The notes: generated by a model from the sequence alone, not told the origin. A stretch of DNA of 28,875 bases from a virus (IMGVR_UViG_3300042334_000609:1-28875); one strand, 5' to 3'; positions 16,369 to 23,918 are shown, counted from the stretch's first letter. Made by a program: numbers and translations.

Positions 16369-16774
16369 GATTCACCACGAAGAGAAGCAGACAAGAGGTA
16401 CTCTTCAAATCTTTAACAGAGACAATAAGAAGATCTTCGAGTGCTTAACCTTAGAACTCCCTTGGAAGAACAACGAGCGTAAAGTTTCCTGCGTTCCGGT
16501 AGGAGAGTATGATGTTGTCCCTCGTGTTTCTCAGAAGTATAGCAAGCATTTGCATTTATCCAATGTGCCAGGTAGAGACCTTATTCTCATCCACCAAGGC
16601 AATTACCATACAGACATCCTTGGCTGCATTTTAGTAGGCAGCAGGTTCTCTGATATAAACAAAGACGGAGTACTGGATGTGCTTAACAGCAAAGCCACTA
16701 TGAAGTCATTAATGTCTACCGCTCCAAAAGGATTCACTTTAACCATTATAAATCATGCCACTCAAGCAAGCTAA
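16349..16774 (+). CDS. DUF5675-like protein, putative endolysin
   Basis: CLTLELPWKNN..SCVPVGEY and VPGRDLILIHQGN...DILGCILVG (His/Cys pair as in the L,D-transpeptidase-like fold); lies between holin and spanin candidates. Confidence 0.7.
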   Translation: MRATLTRIHHEEKQTRGTLQIFNRDNKKIFECLTLELPWKNNERKVSCVPVGEYDVVPRVSQKYSKHLHLSNVPGRDLILIHQGNYHTDILGCILVGSRFSDINKDGVLDVLNSKATMKSLMSTAPKGFTLTIINHATQAS

Positions 16775-16916
16775 AGGAAAAAGCAAGAAAGCCATGTCTA
16801 AGGCTGTCTCTTCAAACATCTCAGAATTGACTACTGCAAATAAGTCAAAGCCTAAAGGCAAGAAAAGAAGTGCAAAGCAAATTGCTGCTATCGCTTATTC
16901 TGCTGCTAGAAAATGA
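16755..16916 (+). CDS. Small basic protein (53 aa), absent from the ORF track
   Basis: MPLKQAKGKSKKAMSKAVSSNISELTTANKSKPKGKKRSAKQIAAIAYSAARK; fills the gap exactly with an ATGA overlap to 16913. Resembles the common phage MPLKKG...SNI..E...KQAVAIA family. Confidence 0.75.
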   Translation: MPLKQAKGKSKKAMSKAVSSNISELTTANKSKPKGKKRSAKQIAAIAYSAARK

Positions 16917-17422
16917 GAAACCCTCTAAATTATTTAGCTCTCTTTGGCTTGCTTTTATGGCTTGCCTGGATGAACTATGAAACAAGGCATCCAATGCCAT
17001 CCGTAGATGTTTCTGTTTACGAATATCGTATAGATTCTATGAAGAATGCTATGAGCCATTTAGAGGCTCGTAGAGACACGATAATTGAGAGAGTGGTATC
17101 TGTACAAGTAAAATGGAGAGAAAGGCTCGTAGAGGTCAGGAAAACAGCTCCAAACGATTCGATTAAAGTCCCTATTACTACGCCATTAGAACTAGACTCT
17201 TGTAGAGAGGTAGGTATTGCCCTTATGGAGCGTATAGAAGCAACAGATGAGATAGTCTACCTTTATGCCGAGAAGAATGAAATAATGACTAAGCAGATAG
17301 GTGTTTTATCTAATGAAATTCAGAATAAGAATAGGGAGCTTCAGAAGAATAAAAACAGAGCTAGGGTGGCTCATACTGTTACTGCTTTATTAGCAGCTGG
17401 CTTAGTTATAATAGCCCTATAA
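16913..17422 (+). CDS. Putative spanin-like membrane protein
   Basis: N-terminal TM segment, coiled coil and hydrophobic C-terminus; last gene of the lysis block. Confidence 0.55.
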   Translation: MRNPLNYLALFGLLLWLAWMNYETRHPMPSVDVSVYEYRIDSMKNAMSHLEARRDTIIERVVSVQVKWRERLVEVRKTAPNDSIKVPITTPLELDSCREVGIALMERIEATDEIVYLYAEKNEIMTKQIGVLSNEIQNKNRELQKNKNRARVAHTVTALLAAGLVIIAL

Positions 17423-17424
17423 TG

Positions 17425-17449
17425 AAAAAAGAGGGATTCTCACCCTCTT
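17425..17449 (-). terminator. Rho-independent terminator, best oriented for the - strand (possibly bidirectional)
   Basis: AAGAGGG(17429-35)-7 nt-CCCTCTT(17443-49). A6 at 17425-30 gives an immediate U tract on the - strand; the + strand T6 is displaced by GCA. Confidence 0.75.
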
Positions 17450-17488
17450 GCATTTTTTCGGCTGCTGACCGCTTCTTTCGAAGAACTT
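17425..17488 (-). ncRNA. Candidate ~64-nt small RNA
   Basis: Bounded by a - strand TAACTTTG and a - strand terminator; contains CUUC-GAAA-GAAG and CGGU-CAGCA-GCCG hairpins. The 5' end is inferred. Confidence 0.5.
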
Positions 17489-17491
17489 ATG

Positions 17492-17499
17492 CAAAGTTA
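17492..17499 (-). promoter_or_regulatory. -7 promoter element (TAACTTTG) on the - strand
   Basis: CAAAGTTA on +, intergenic, back-to-back with a possible + strand variant TAAGTTTA (17513-17520). Confidence 0.6.
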
Positions 17500-17545
17500 A
17501 GTAAAAATGTTATAAGTTTACCACAACTAACTAAAAAACAGCATA

Positions 17546-18667
17546 ATGTCATTACCTAACAAATTGCAACCATATAGAGAAGAGATAATGTCTCTTTCTA
17601 AATCGGGTTTATCTTGCAACAAAATAAGGGTTATCCTTAAAGACAAGCACGGACTCGATACTTCCCGAAAGCATATAGGCATCTATTTAAGGAATCAGAA
17701 TAAGTTTGCAAAAGAGTTATCCAGCAATGATTTTCAGTTTACCGATAAGTGGTCTTATGGCTGGCTAAAGACTAAGGAAGCCTCTATCTTTATTAAGAAC
17801 GAGACAGAAGAGAAGGATAACTTTAAGGCTCTCACAGAAGAGTTCTTAGAGCTTGTAGCCTCTCATGCTCCTGCTTACCCACTTATAAATAGAGATGCGC
17901 TTACAGAGGCGCATTTGCTCGTTGTAGACCCTTGTGATGTGCATATAGGCAAGCTTGCCAGCGTTGTAGAGACTAAGGAGGAATATAACAACTCCATAGC
18001 CGTTCAGAGGGTGAGAGAAGGAATAGATGGTATTATCTCTAAGTCTATGCCGTATAAGGTAGATAAAGTTCTACTCATAGCAGGCAATGACATCCTGCAC
18101 ATTGATACTATCAAAAGAACAACTACCGCAGGGACCGCTCAGGATACTGATGGCACATGGCATGAGTGTTTTATCATTGCTAAGAAGCTTATGATTGAGG
18201 TCATAGAGAAGCTTTTAACCATTGCCGATGTCCATGTAGTGTTTAACCCTTCCAACCACGACTTTATGTCGGGATTCTTCTTGCTGGACTCCGTTAAGAG
18301 CTGGTTTAGAAACTGCGAGAATATCACTTGGGATACCGATATGACCCATAGGAAGTATTTCAAATACCACGAGAACCTTATAGGCACTACCCATGGTGAT
18401 GGAGCAAAGCAGGCAGACCTACCTCTACTGATGGCTTCCGAAGCTGGACAAGCCTGGGTTTCCAAACATAGATACATTTACGGGCATCACATCCACCACA
18501 AGGTGAGTAAAGACTACATAGGCGTTACCTTCGAGTCTATGCGCTCACCTTCTTCTGCCGATGGCTGGCACAGCCGTGCTGGCTATCAACACGCTCCTAA
18601 GGCTATTGAGGGATTCCTGCACCACCCTATACATGGGCAGGTAAGCAGGATTACCCACATATTCTAG
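17546..18667 (+). CDS. Calcineurin-like metallophosphoesterase with possible N-terminal HTH
   Basis: DVHIGK, GNDILH, SNHD, THGD and GHHIHH metal-binding motifs in the canonical order. Confidence 0.8.
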   Translation: MSLPNKLQPYREEIMSLSKSGLSCNKIRVILKDKHGLDTSRKHIGIYLRNQNKFAKELSSNDFQFTDKWSYGWLKTKEASIFIKNETEEKDNFKALTEEFLELVASHAPAYPLINRDALTEAHLLVVDPCDVHIGKLASVVETKEEYNNSIAVQRVREGIDGIISKSMPYKVDKVLLIAGNDILHIDTIKRTTTAGTAQDTDGTWHECFIIAKKLMIEVIEKLLTIADVHVVFNPSNHDFMSGFFLLDSVKSWFRNCENITWDTDMTHRKYFKYHENLIGTTHGDGAKQADLPLLMASEAGQAWVSKHRYIYGHHIHHKVSKDYIGVTFESMRSPSSADGWHSRAGYQHAPKAIEGFLHHPIHGQVSRITHIF

Positions 18668-18870
18668 CCGAATATTAACTCTGAGATATTGATTTTATGC
18701 TCTTCCAGTAGGGAGTAGAACGCTAACTGCGTTTCTCCATCTGCATTGGGCATGATGTATTGATCTATTTCTTGCAGCACTAATGCCATCTTATAGGCAT
18801 TCTGACACCTTTTGTATTCTAGGACATCGTCCTCTTGCTCCAGGTTAAACTCTAAGATTGCTTTAGGCAT
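18664..18870 (-). CDS. Hypothetical protein
   Basis: 68 aa (MPKAILEFNL...), coupled to the upstream gene by a TAATG overlap. Confidence 0.7.
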   Translation of the reverse strand: MPKAILEFNLEQEDDVLEYKRCQNAYKMALVLQEIDQYIMPNADGETQLAFYSLLEEHKINISELIFG

Positions 18871-19256
18871 TATTTTATTACGTTTATTCCGAATGACTTT
18901 AAGATGGTCTTAATCGTGCCTCCGAGGATATACCCTACACAAAACACAATGGCTGCCTCTAAGGAAGCTATATGCGCTACTAGCACAACCAATACAGCTA
19001 CCCTCACGGCTTGAAAGAAGTGAGAAGCATCCGTAAGGAATACTAATACTGTTTTAAACAATAGTGTTAAAGCTTTAGATAGCGATGGCATACCCATACC
19101 TTTAGCGATTCTTCCTCCCCATCTATGCTTATTTACCCAACTTGTGTCATTATTCCACCAGCTGCCCCAGCTGTCCGGGTAGGAGTTCTCCCATGAAGCC
19201 TCTTCCATTTCTTTAGAGACATAGTACACGAATGCACAGATGAAGATAGTTATCAT
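18870..19256 (-). CDS. Hypothetical membrane protein
   Basis: Hydrophobic segments, SWVNKH and VFLTDASHFFQ motifs; coupled at both ends. Confidence 0.7.
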   Translation of the reverse strand: MITIFICAFVYYVSKEMEEASWENSYPDSWGSWWNNDTSWVNKHRWGGRIAKGMGMPSLSKALTLLFKTVLVFLTDASHFFQAVRVAVLVVLVAHIASLEAAIVFCVGYILGGTIKTILKSFGINVIK

Positions 19257-19537
19257 ACTGATTCAATTGGCTTGTACATCTGCTCAAAGTAGATGGGGTT
19301 AACGATAGTGTATTTAGGCTTATAGACCTGAGTGCAGTAGGAAGCACCATTCTGCCACTCTGCTAGGTAGTGCTTGTAAACATCCTCGTAGCTATTCGAT
19401 GATTCTTCGAATAAAGACTTATAAAATAGCATCTCGCAGGCATTCATAGTCTCTAAAAGCTTTTCTGCTTCCCTCTCTTGCTTACGCTTGGCGTTCCTAT
19501 TTGATTGCTCTCCGAGCAGTAGAATCATATTACTCAT
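19253..19537 (-). CDS. Hypothetical protein
   Basis: 94 aa with ATGA overlaps on both sides. Confidence 0.7.
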   Translation of the reverse strand: MSNMILLLGEQSNRNAKRKQEREAEKLLETMNACEMLFYKSLFEESSNSYEDVYKHYLAEWQNGASYCTQVYKPKYTIVNPIYFEQMYKPIESV

Positions 19538-20148
19538 TGTGTAGATATTTTATGCTCTTCGATTATGTTCAACAACCCCTCTTCTAAGGTAGTCCCCACA
19601 GACAGTAGGTAGTCTGTTACGCTGGCATACGCTTCGGTATTATACCTTAGGGTAATTTTCTTAGCCTTATCATCGTTCTTAACCTTCTCTGCCTCTTCCA
19701 TCATCTCATCCATGCCATACATGATGTCCATACCCATAGCTTCTAACAACTCTTGCTCCCAGTCATTAGCCAAGAGGTCGTAGTCATTTTCACCGAAGGA
19801 TACGTTGTCTTTGATGGTAATGGCTTTAAGCATTTCTAGGCTCGTAGAAGCCTCCAAAATCTTACATGGCACTTCTGCCCACCCAAGCTCTTTAACTGCG
19901 TGTAATCGCATATTACCAGCTATTACGATGTACTCTATCTGTGACTGATGCTTAGACTTTAGAGTAGGTGTGTACGGATACACGATAAGCTCTCTAAGTT
20001 GCATCATATCGGGGTCATCTTGTATCGACTTTAACAACTTATTGAATCTGTTGTCTTTGATTAACCTAGGGTTCTTAGGTAGTCCTTCGATTTGACCGAG
20101 GTTATTCTTTAGCTGATACAGCTTTAGGGTTTTAGTTTCCTTCAACAT
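19534..20148 (-). CDS. ParB/Srx-like N-terminal domain protein
   Basis: PKNPRLIK...KLLKSI, VIAGNMRLHAVKELGW.EVPC and IKDN. Start moved to ATG 20148 because a small ORF occupies 20132..20299. Confidence 0.8.
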   Translation of the reverse strand: MLKETKTLKLYQLKNNLGQIEGLPKNPRLIKDNRFNKLLKSIQDDPDMMQLRELIVYPYTPTLKSKHQSQIEYIVIAGNMRLHAVKELGWAEVPCKILEASTSLEMLKAITIKDNVSFGENDYDLLANDWEQELLEAMGMDIMYGMDEMMEEAEKVKNDDKAKKITLRYNTEAYASVTDYLLSVGTTLEEGLLNIIEEHKISTQ

Positions 20149-20299
20149 TCTTCTTGGCTTTACCTTCCCACTGAACATTGGTAAGTAGTGATAAGCAATA
20201 AGGGCAGAATGCTCCGCCCTTTAAATCTATGTACAGCTGTTTTGGATCGTGTGCTACGAGTCCATGCTTGGGACAGTTTCCTATGTATCCTTTTTTCAT
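20132..20299 (-). CDS. Small zinc-ribbon protein (55 aa), absent from the ORF track
   Basis: MKKGYIGNCPKHGLVAHDPKQLYIDLKGGAFCPYCLSLLTNVQWEGKAKKNVEGN; CxxH...CxxC; ATGA overlap with the upstream stop. Confidence 0.75.
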   Translation of the reverse strand: MKKGYIGNCPKHGLVAHDPKQLYIDLKGGAFCPYCLSLLTNVQWEGKAKKNVEGN

Positions 20300-20565
20300 G
20301 GTAGTTGTGTTTCTCCGAAGAACGGCCTGGTATCGGTGCTTTTATTGCCTTTACATGACCATAACGCCCTAGCAAACCAATTGGGGCTATGCGTCTCTGA
20401 TTTGATGCCAGCAGACCTGGAGCAGTAGTTATCTCCCTTTGGAGTTCCTGGAGAAATGGTGTACCCCTTTGCGCCAAAGTGAACTGATTTATCCCCTTTG
20501 GTCGCTGTGTATTTCTTTCCTTTTGCGGTGCTGCGAGTGATGTTCCACCCTCTAAATTCTGCCAT
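20296..20565 (-). CDS. Small basic hypothetical protein
   Basis: STAKGKKY...VHFGAKGY...YCSRS...SPNWFARALW, a pattern common in aquatic phage proteins. Confidence 0.75.
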   Translation of the reverse strand: MAEFRGWNITRSTAKGKKYTATKGDKSVHFGAKGYTISPGTPKGDNYCSRSAGIKSETHSPNWFARALWSCKGNKSTDTRPFFGETQLP

Positions 20566-20576
20566 GGCTATTTACT

Positions 20577-21110
20577 TTAAATCTTTACCCAAGAGCGACC
20601 GACTATCTCGAAGCCACCTACACCTAACACCTCTTCAACTGCCCTATGGACTCCCCTTGCATCTATGTCGTGACCAGCAAAAATGCCTCCTTTTTTTAGC
20701 TTTGGCATCCACGCTAAGAGGTCTTTTTTAACGCTGGCATAGTCATGTGCCGCATCTATAAAGATAAGGTCGCACGAGCCATCTTTGAACTTAGAGGCAC
20801 TATCCGTAGAGTCTCCCACGATAGTCTCGATAATGTCATTGTTAAGGCAGAGGTGAACATTCTGCACGAATAGCTCAAACATATTCTTAGAGTATGTTCC
20901 TGGGCGTTCACCAGTAGTTCCTTTAAATGAGTCTACCGCATAAATCTTAGGGGACTTACCTGCTTCCTTAGAGGCAGAGGCTAAGTAGTTAATCGATTTT
21001 CCGTAAGCTACGCCTACTTCAACAAAGATGCTTTTGTTAGTTGCTTTTTTTACGGCTTCATCGTAAATTGATGGGAAGTCAAACCATCCGTGTACCTCTC
21101 TCCAAGTCAT
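20577..21110 (-). CDS. Class I SAM-dependent methyltransferase (Methyltransf_24-like)
   Basis: FVEVGVAYGKS, YAVDSF, DLIFIDAAHDY and LKKGGIFAGHD. Confidence 0.85.
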   Translation of the reverse strand: MTWREVHGWFDFPSIYDEAVKKATNKSIFVEVGVAYGKSINYLASASKEAGKSPKIYAVDSFKGTTGERPGTYSKNMFELFVQNVHLCLNNDIIETIVGDSTDSASKFKDGSCDLIFIDAAHDYASVKKDLLAWMPKLKKGGIFAGHDIDARGVHRAVEEVLGVGGFEIVGRSWVKI

Positions 21111-21119
21111 AATCTATTA

Positions 21120-21500
21120 TTATTTAGGTGCTTTTTGCTCCAAATATAATGAAATAAATGCGTTGCACTCTTTCTGATTGCGTAGGATAACGCATTGGCT
21201 GTACAAGTTTCTGTACAAGTTAAGGAACATCTTCCACTTCATCTTCCCATCGGGAGTGAAGAATCCCTTTGTCTCTATTGCTATTGTCTTATTTACTACG
21301 AAGTCCAGCTTGTAGGCTATCTCTCTGACAGCCTTACCCTCATACTTGAAGGACATCATAAGAACGTGCTTCACTTGCTGCTCGTAGGGGATTGAATGCA
21401 GCTCTAACTGCCTCTTTAGGTAGGATTCAAGTTTAGAGTCGGACTTAGTACCATCCGACTCTATAACCTTCTTGTTGCCGTATTTGCTTCTTCCAAACAT
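21120..21500 (-). CDS. DUF1064-type PD-(D/E)XK endonuclease
   Basis: SKYGNKKV..DG.K.DSKLE, YKLDFVV and IETKGF.TP...MKWKMF. Confidence 0.8.
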   Translation of the reverse strand: MFGRSKYGNKKVIESDGTKSDSKLESYLKRQLELHSIPYEQQVKHVLMMSFKYEGKAVREIAYKLDFVVNKTIAIETKGFFTPDGKMKWKMFLNLYRNLYSQCVILRNQKECNAFISLYLEQKAPK

Positions 21501-21781
21501 TAAAAGGGAAGCCCGTCAGAACTAGGATTCAAATCCAGCGTTTCTTCTACCTCTTTCTTAGCTGGTCTCCAATCGCTAATGACTGGGACCAATGTTCCCT
21601 TGCCATCGTCTTGCTTCTTAGGCCATGCAGAGATGCGTATTTCACCCATCTCATCCTGATGCTCAAGCAGGCAAGCAATGAAGTCTTGCACCTTGATTTT
21701 CGTTTCAACGACATTCTTGCCGTTTACATTCTTTAGGTTCTGATAGAACCCTTTAGTCCACTTTGTTTCCGTTTGTGACAT
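21500..21781 (-). CDS. Putative small single-stranded DNA-binding protein
   Basis: 93 aa beta-rich protein with an SSB-type acidic tail ending SSDGLPF. Confidence 0.55.
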   Translation of the reverse strand: MSQTETKWTKGFYQNLKNVNGKNVVETKIKVQDFIACLLEHQDEMGEIRISAWPKKQDDGKGTLVPVISDWRPAKKEVEETLDLNPSSDGLPF

Positions 21782-22064
21782 TTTCTTGAATTTTAGTTAA
21801 TATTGATTTGAATTTTGATCTTTCCTTGCCTAATGGCTTTTTCTGTGATTTTGATCCGTACTTCTTTTGGAAGAACTCTTCGGGTGTCATCTTATACTTT
21901 CTAGGGTGAGCATAGTTTGCATAACCCTCCATGTATGCTCTTTTGATGTTATGCTTTTCTATCGACCTCATCCTATGCAGTTGCTTCTTATAGAAGTTCC
22001 TAGGCATTAACGGAGGCTGGTCATCCAGCCATTCGAATAACCTATCGATTGCTGTTTTAGCCAT
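21753..22064 (-). CDS. Hypothetical protein (KT[AP]...E[KR]xxIxxAYxxG family)
   Basis: MAKTAIDRL...EKHNIKRAYMEG...EEFFQKKYG. TTG 22070 lies within the promoter element, so ATG 22064 is preferred. Confidence 0.7.
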   Translation of the reverse strand: MAKTAIDRLFEWLDDQPPLMPRNFYKKQLHRMRSIEKHNIKRAYMEGYANYAHPRKYKMTPEEFFQKKYGSKSQKKPLGKERSKFKSILTKIQENVTNGNKVD

Positions 22065-22067
22065 ACG

Positions 22068-22099
22068 CAAATATATGTATATCAGGCTTCATAACCAAA
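22068..22099 (-). promoter_or_regulatory. Bacteroidota-type promoter
   Basis: On the - strand TTTG(22099-22096)-N20-TATATTTG(22075-22068); ATG follows after 3 nt. Confidence 0.75.
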
Positions 22100-22100
22100 A

Positions 22101-22571
22101 TCATTCGTTAGTTAGGGTTTCAGACTCAGCAAGCATCTGCCTTCTCATCTCTATGGCTCTCTCTATCCTTGCGTGGGACTCCACTACATATCCGAGCTTT
22201 AAAGCCCTTGCAGCCTTCGACAATTCGTTTACGATGGGGTCTGCATCTAAGGCTATGTCATCCGCTTTGTTTGTAACAACTTTCCGCACCCAGGTGAAGT
22301 CTTTGTTGTTGCAGAATATCTGATCTTCCACCACTTCTATTGCGTGGATGATGGTAGAGTGATGTCTGTCCCCGAATATCTTGCCTAGCTGGCTAAGTGT
22401 TACGCTTGGTGCGTACTTGCGGATGAGCCATATAGCGCACTGTCTTGCTCCCACTATCTCTCTCCTGCGCTTCTTGCTAATCATATCGGCATGGTCTATA
22501 CCGGTATTGTTAGTTACGATTTCTATTACATCTGAGATTACCTTACTGGTGTCTTGCTTCAACTCACTCAC
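22101..22571 (-). CDS. Stand-alone DnaA C-terminal (domain IV) DNA-binding protein
   Basis: ISKKRRREIVGARQCAIWLIRK...TLSQLGKIFGDRHHSTIIHA matches the DnaA domain IV signature. GTG 22571, overlapping the upstream stop, is the likely start. Confidence 0.8.
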   Translation of the reverse strand: MSELKQDTSKVISDVIEIVTNNTGIDHADMISKKRRREIVGARQCAIWLIRKYAPSVTLSQLGKIFGDRHHSTIIHAIEVVEDQIFCNNKDFTWVRKVVTNKADDIALDADPIVNELSKAARALKLGYVVESHARIERAIEMRRQMLAESETLTNE

Positions 22572-22800
22572 TTTCTCCAGTCCTTTCTGTTTGTCCGTAC
22601 TTCTTTTTAAACCATTCTGTATGCATCTGAAGTGGTCTCGACTGACCATCCTTGAATGCGAGGGTAAGGTGTTCACGTTCGTGTTGTATGACCTTATCTC
22701 TAAGGAAGGATACTATTACCTCCTTGAGGTTCTGTGCAGTTATTACCTCTGTGGGCATTTCGGAAATGACTTCCGCTGCAATTTCAATTGGTGTTTTCAT
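22564..22800 (-). CDS. Hypothetical protein (same family as 21753 and 23132)
   Basis: MKTPIE...EREHLTLAFKDG...EWFKKKYG. Confidence 0.7.
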   Translation of the reverse strand: MKTPIEIAAEVISEMPTEVITAQNLKEVIVSFLRDKVIQHEREHLTLAFKDGQSRPLQMHTEWFKKKYGQTERTGESE

Positions 22801-22802
22801 TT

Positions 22803-23135
22803 TTACGGTTTTAGTTTTTGTAAATCATCTTTTAATCGCTTCAAGAAAGACTCGTTTCCATCATCGCCCGACCATAGCCAATCAATTCGCTGCATATAAA
22901 CCTCGGCCTCGGAAATTATTCTAGCCGCTCGTTTAAACTCCTCGATAATTTCGGGTGGGTATTCGTAGTGAAACTTATCATCAGGATATTTTTCATACCA
23001 ATCAGGTCCCATCCACGGCTCGGCTTCCATTTCCTCTTTGGTCTTTTCCTTGCCGTTTTTATCGACCATATCGTCTATATCATCGACCACATCAGCAAGT
23101 CTATGCTGTAAGTAGTCCCAGTGTCCTCCGCTCAT
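22803..23135 (-). CDS. Conserved phage hypothetical protein
   Basis: MSGGHWDY...RIDWLWSGDDGNESF; tightly packed in the operon. Confidence 0.75.
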   Translation of the reverse strand: MSGGHWDYLQHRLADVVDDIDDMVDKNGKEKTKEEMEAEPWMGPDWYEKYPDDKFHYEYPPEIIEEFKRAARIISEAEVYMQRIDWLWSGDDGNESFLKRLKDDLQKLKP

Positions 23136-23362
23136 TTCTGTTTAGTGTTAAAGGTTCCGTTGTAGTATTCTTGCTTCTCAACCAGCATCCAGGTATCTTC
23201 ATCCCATACAGTATGTGAACCTGCTTCATAAGCATCCATAATCACCTCTTTCTCTTTCTCCAACATTGATTCAATCTTGTCTAAGATGACTCTGTGTTCG
23301 TATCCATCAAGTTTTAATTCTGTATTAACCCAATGGTGTAATTCTTGCATCGGTGTTTTCAT
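23132..23362 (-). CDS. Hypothetical protein (same family as 21753 and 22564)
   Basis: MKTPMQEL...EKEVIMDAYEAG...QEYYNGTF. Confidence 0.75.
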   Translation of the reverse strand: MKTPMQELHHWVNTELKLDGYEHRVILDKIESMLEKEKEVIMDAYEAGSHTVWDEDTWMLVEKQEYYNGTFNTKQK

Positions 23363-23511
23363 TATCCAAAAATTAAAGCAATGGCTGCCGTGCCAAAGAA
23401 GGCAAGGAAAGCGCAGTAAGACAGTAAGGCTATGATGTCAATCACAAAATAGATGATGGACTTTGCCCAGTAGCCGATTGGCAGATGGCTGGTTGAATAG
23501 TTAGCTTTCAT
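23362..23511 (-). CDS. Small membrane protein (49 aa), absent from the ORF track
   Basis: MKANYSTSHLPIGYWAKSIIYFVIDIIALLSYCAFLAFFGTAAIALIFG; ATGA and TAATG overlaps with its neighbours. Confidence 0.7.
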   Translation of the reverse strand: MKANYSTSHLPIGYWAKSIIYFVIDIIALLSYCAFLAFFGTAAIALIFG

Positions 23512-23741
23512 TCTTTCTCATCGTTTATAGTCCACTCATCGTTGTCATCATCCTCCAAGGCACGAGTAATTGCATCTTGCAGGTTTAGATACCCACGGAA
23601 CTTACCATTTTGGTAGAGGTCAGCATATTCGCTGCCGATGTAAAGGTCAATGATGTGGTCACCAAGTTCCTCTTCACGTTCTGCTCTCGCATCGTATGCT
23701 GAGTTGTAAGCGTTCAGCTCGCTATCGAATGACTCAGACAT
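23508..23741 (-). CDS. Small acidic hypothetical protein
   Basis: 77 aa, very D/E-rich, overlapping both neighbours. Confidence 0.7.
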   Translation of the reverse strand: MSESFDSELNAYNSAYDARAEREEELGDHIIDLYIGSEYADLYQNGKFRGYLNLQDAITRALEDDDNDEWTINDEKE

Positions 23742-23898
23742 TTGCTGCCTCCTTTACTTTTGCAACCATGCGTGCTTTACTTGCTTCGCTGCGTTTGAAC
23801 GATGCAACACGGATGTCAATCATTTCGATTAACTCTGCTTTGATTTCATCGGGGACTCTCTTCTGAATCATCGATGTGGTGTACGTTAGTTTCTTCAT
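23734..23898 (-). CDS. Small ribbon-helix-helix-like DNA-binding protein (54 aa)
   Basis: SMIQKRVPDEIKAELIEMID strand-helix pattern. ATG 23898 has an A-rich context and lies downstream of the promoter. Confidence 0.55.
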   Translation of the reverse strand: MKKLTYTTSMIQKRVPDEIKAELIEMIDIRVASFKRSEASKARMVAKVKEAANV

Positions 23899-23918
23899 AT
23901 CGTTTTTGTTTGATGCTG

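Noticed and set aside
17406-17453. 15-aa - strand peptide MQEGENPSFFIIGLL within the candidate sRNA
   Set aside because: It runs through the terminator and into the antisense of the spanin-like gene; a terminated transcript would have no stop codon.
20200-20221. Hairpin AAGGGCAGA-ATGC-TCCGCCCTT as a terminator
   Set aside because: It lies inside the 55-aa Zn-ribbon ORF (encoding KGGAFCP) and lacks a convincing U tract.
20160-20477. 105-aa - strand ORF from the track
   Set aside because: It overlaps two better ORFs (20296..20565 and 20132..20299) that have motifs and exact start/stop coupling.
22572-22676. N-terminal extension of the DnaA domain IV ORF in the track (also the extended starts at 1602, 2471, 20178, 22070, 23940 and 26058)
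   Set aside because: These extensions overlap neighbouring genes or promoter elements; downstream starts give proper coupling or context.
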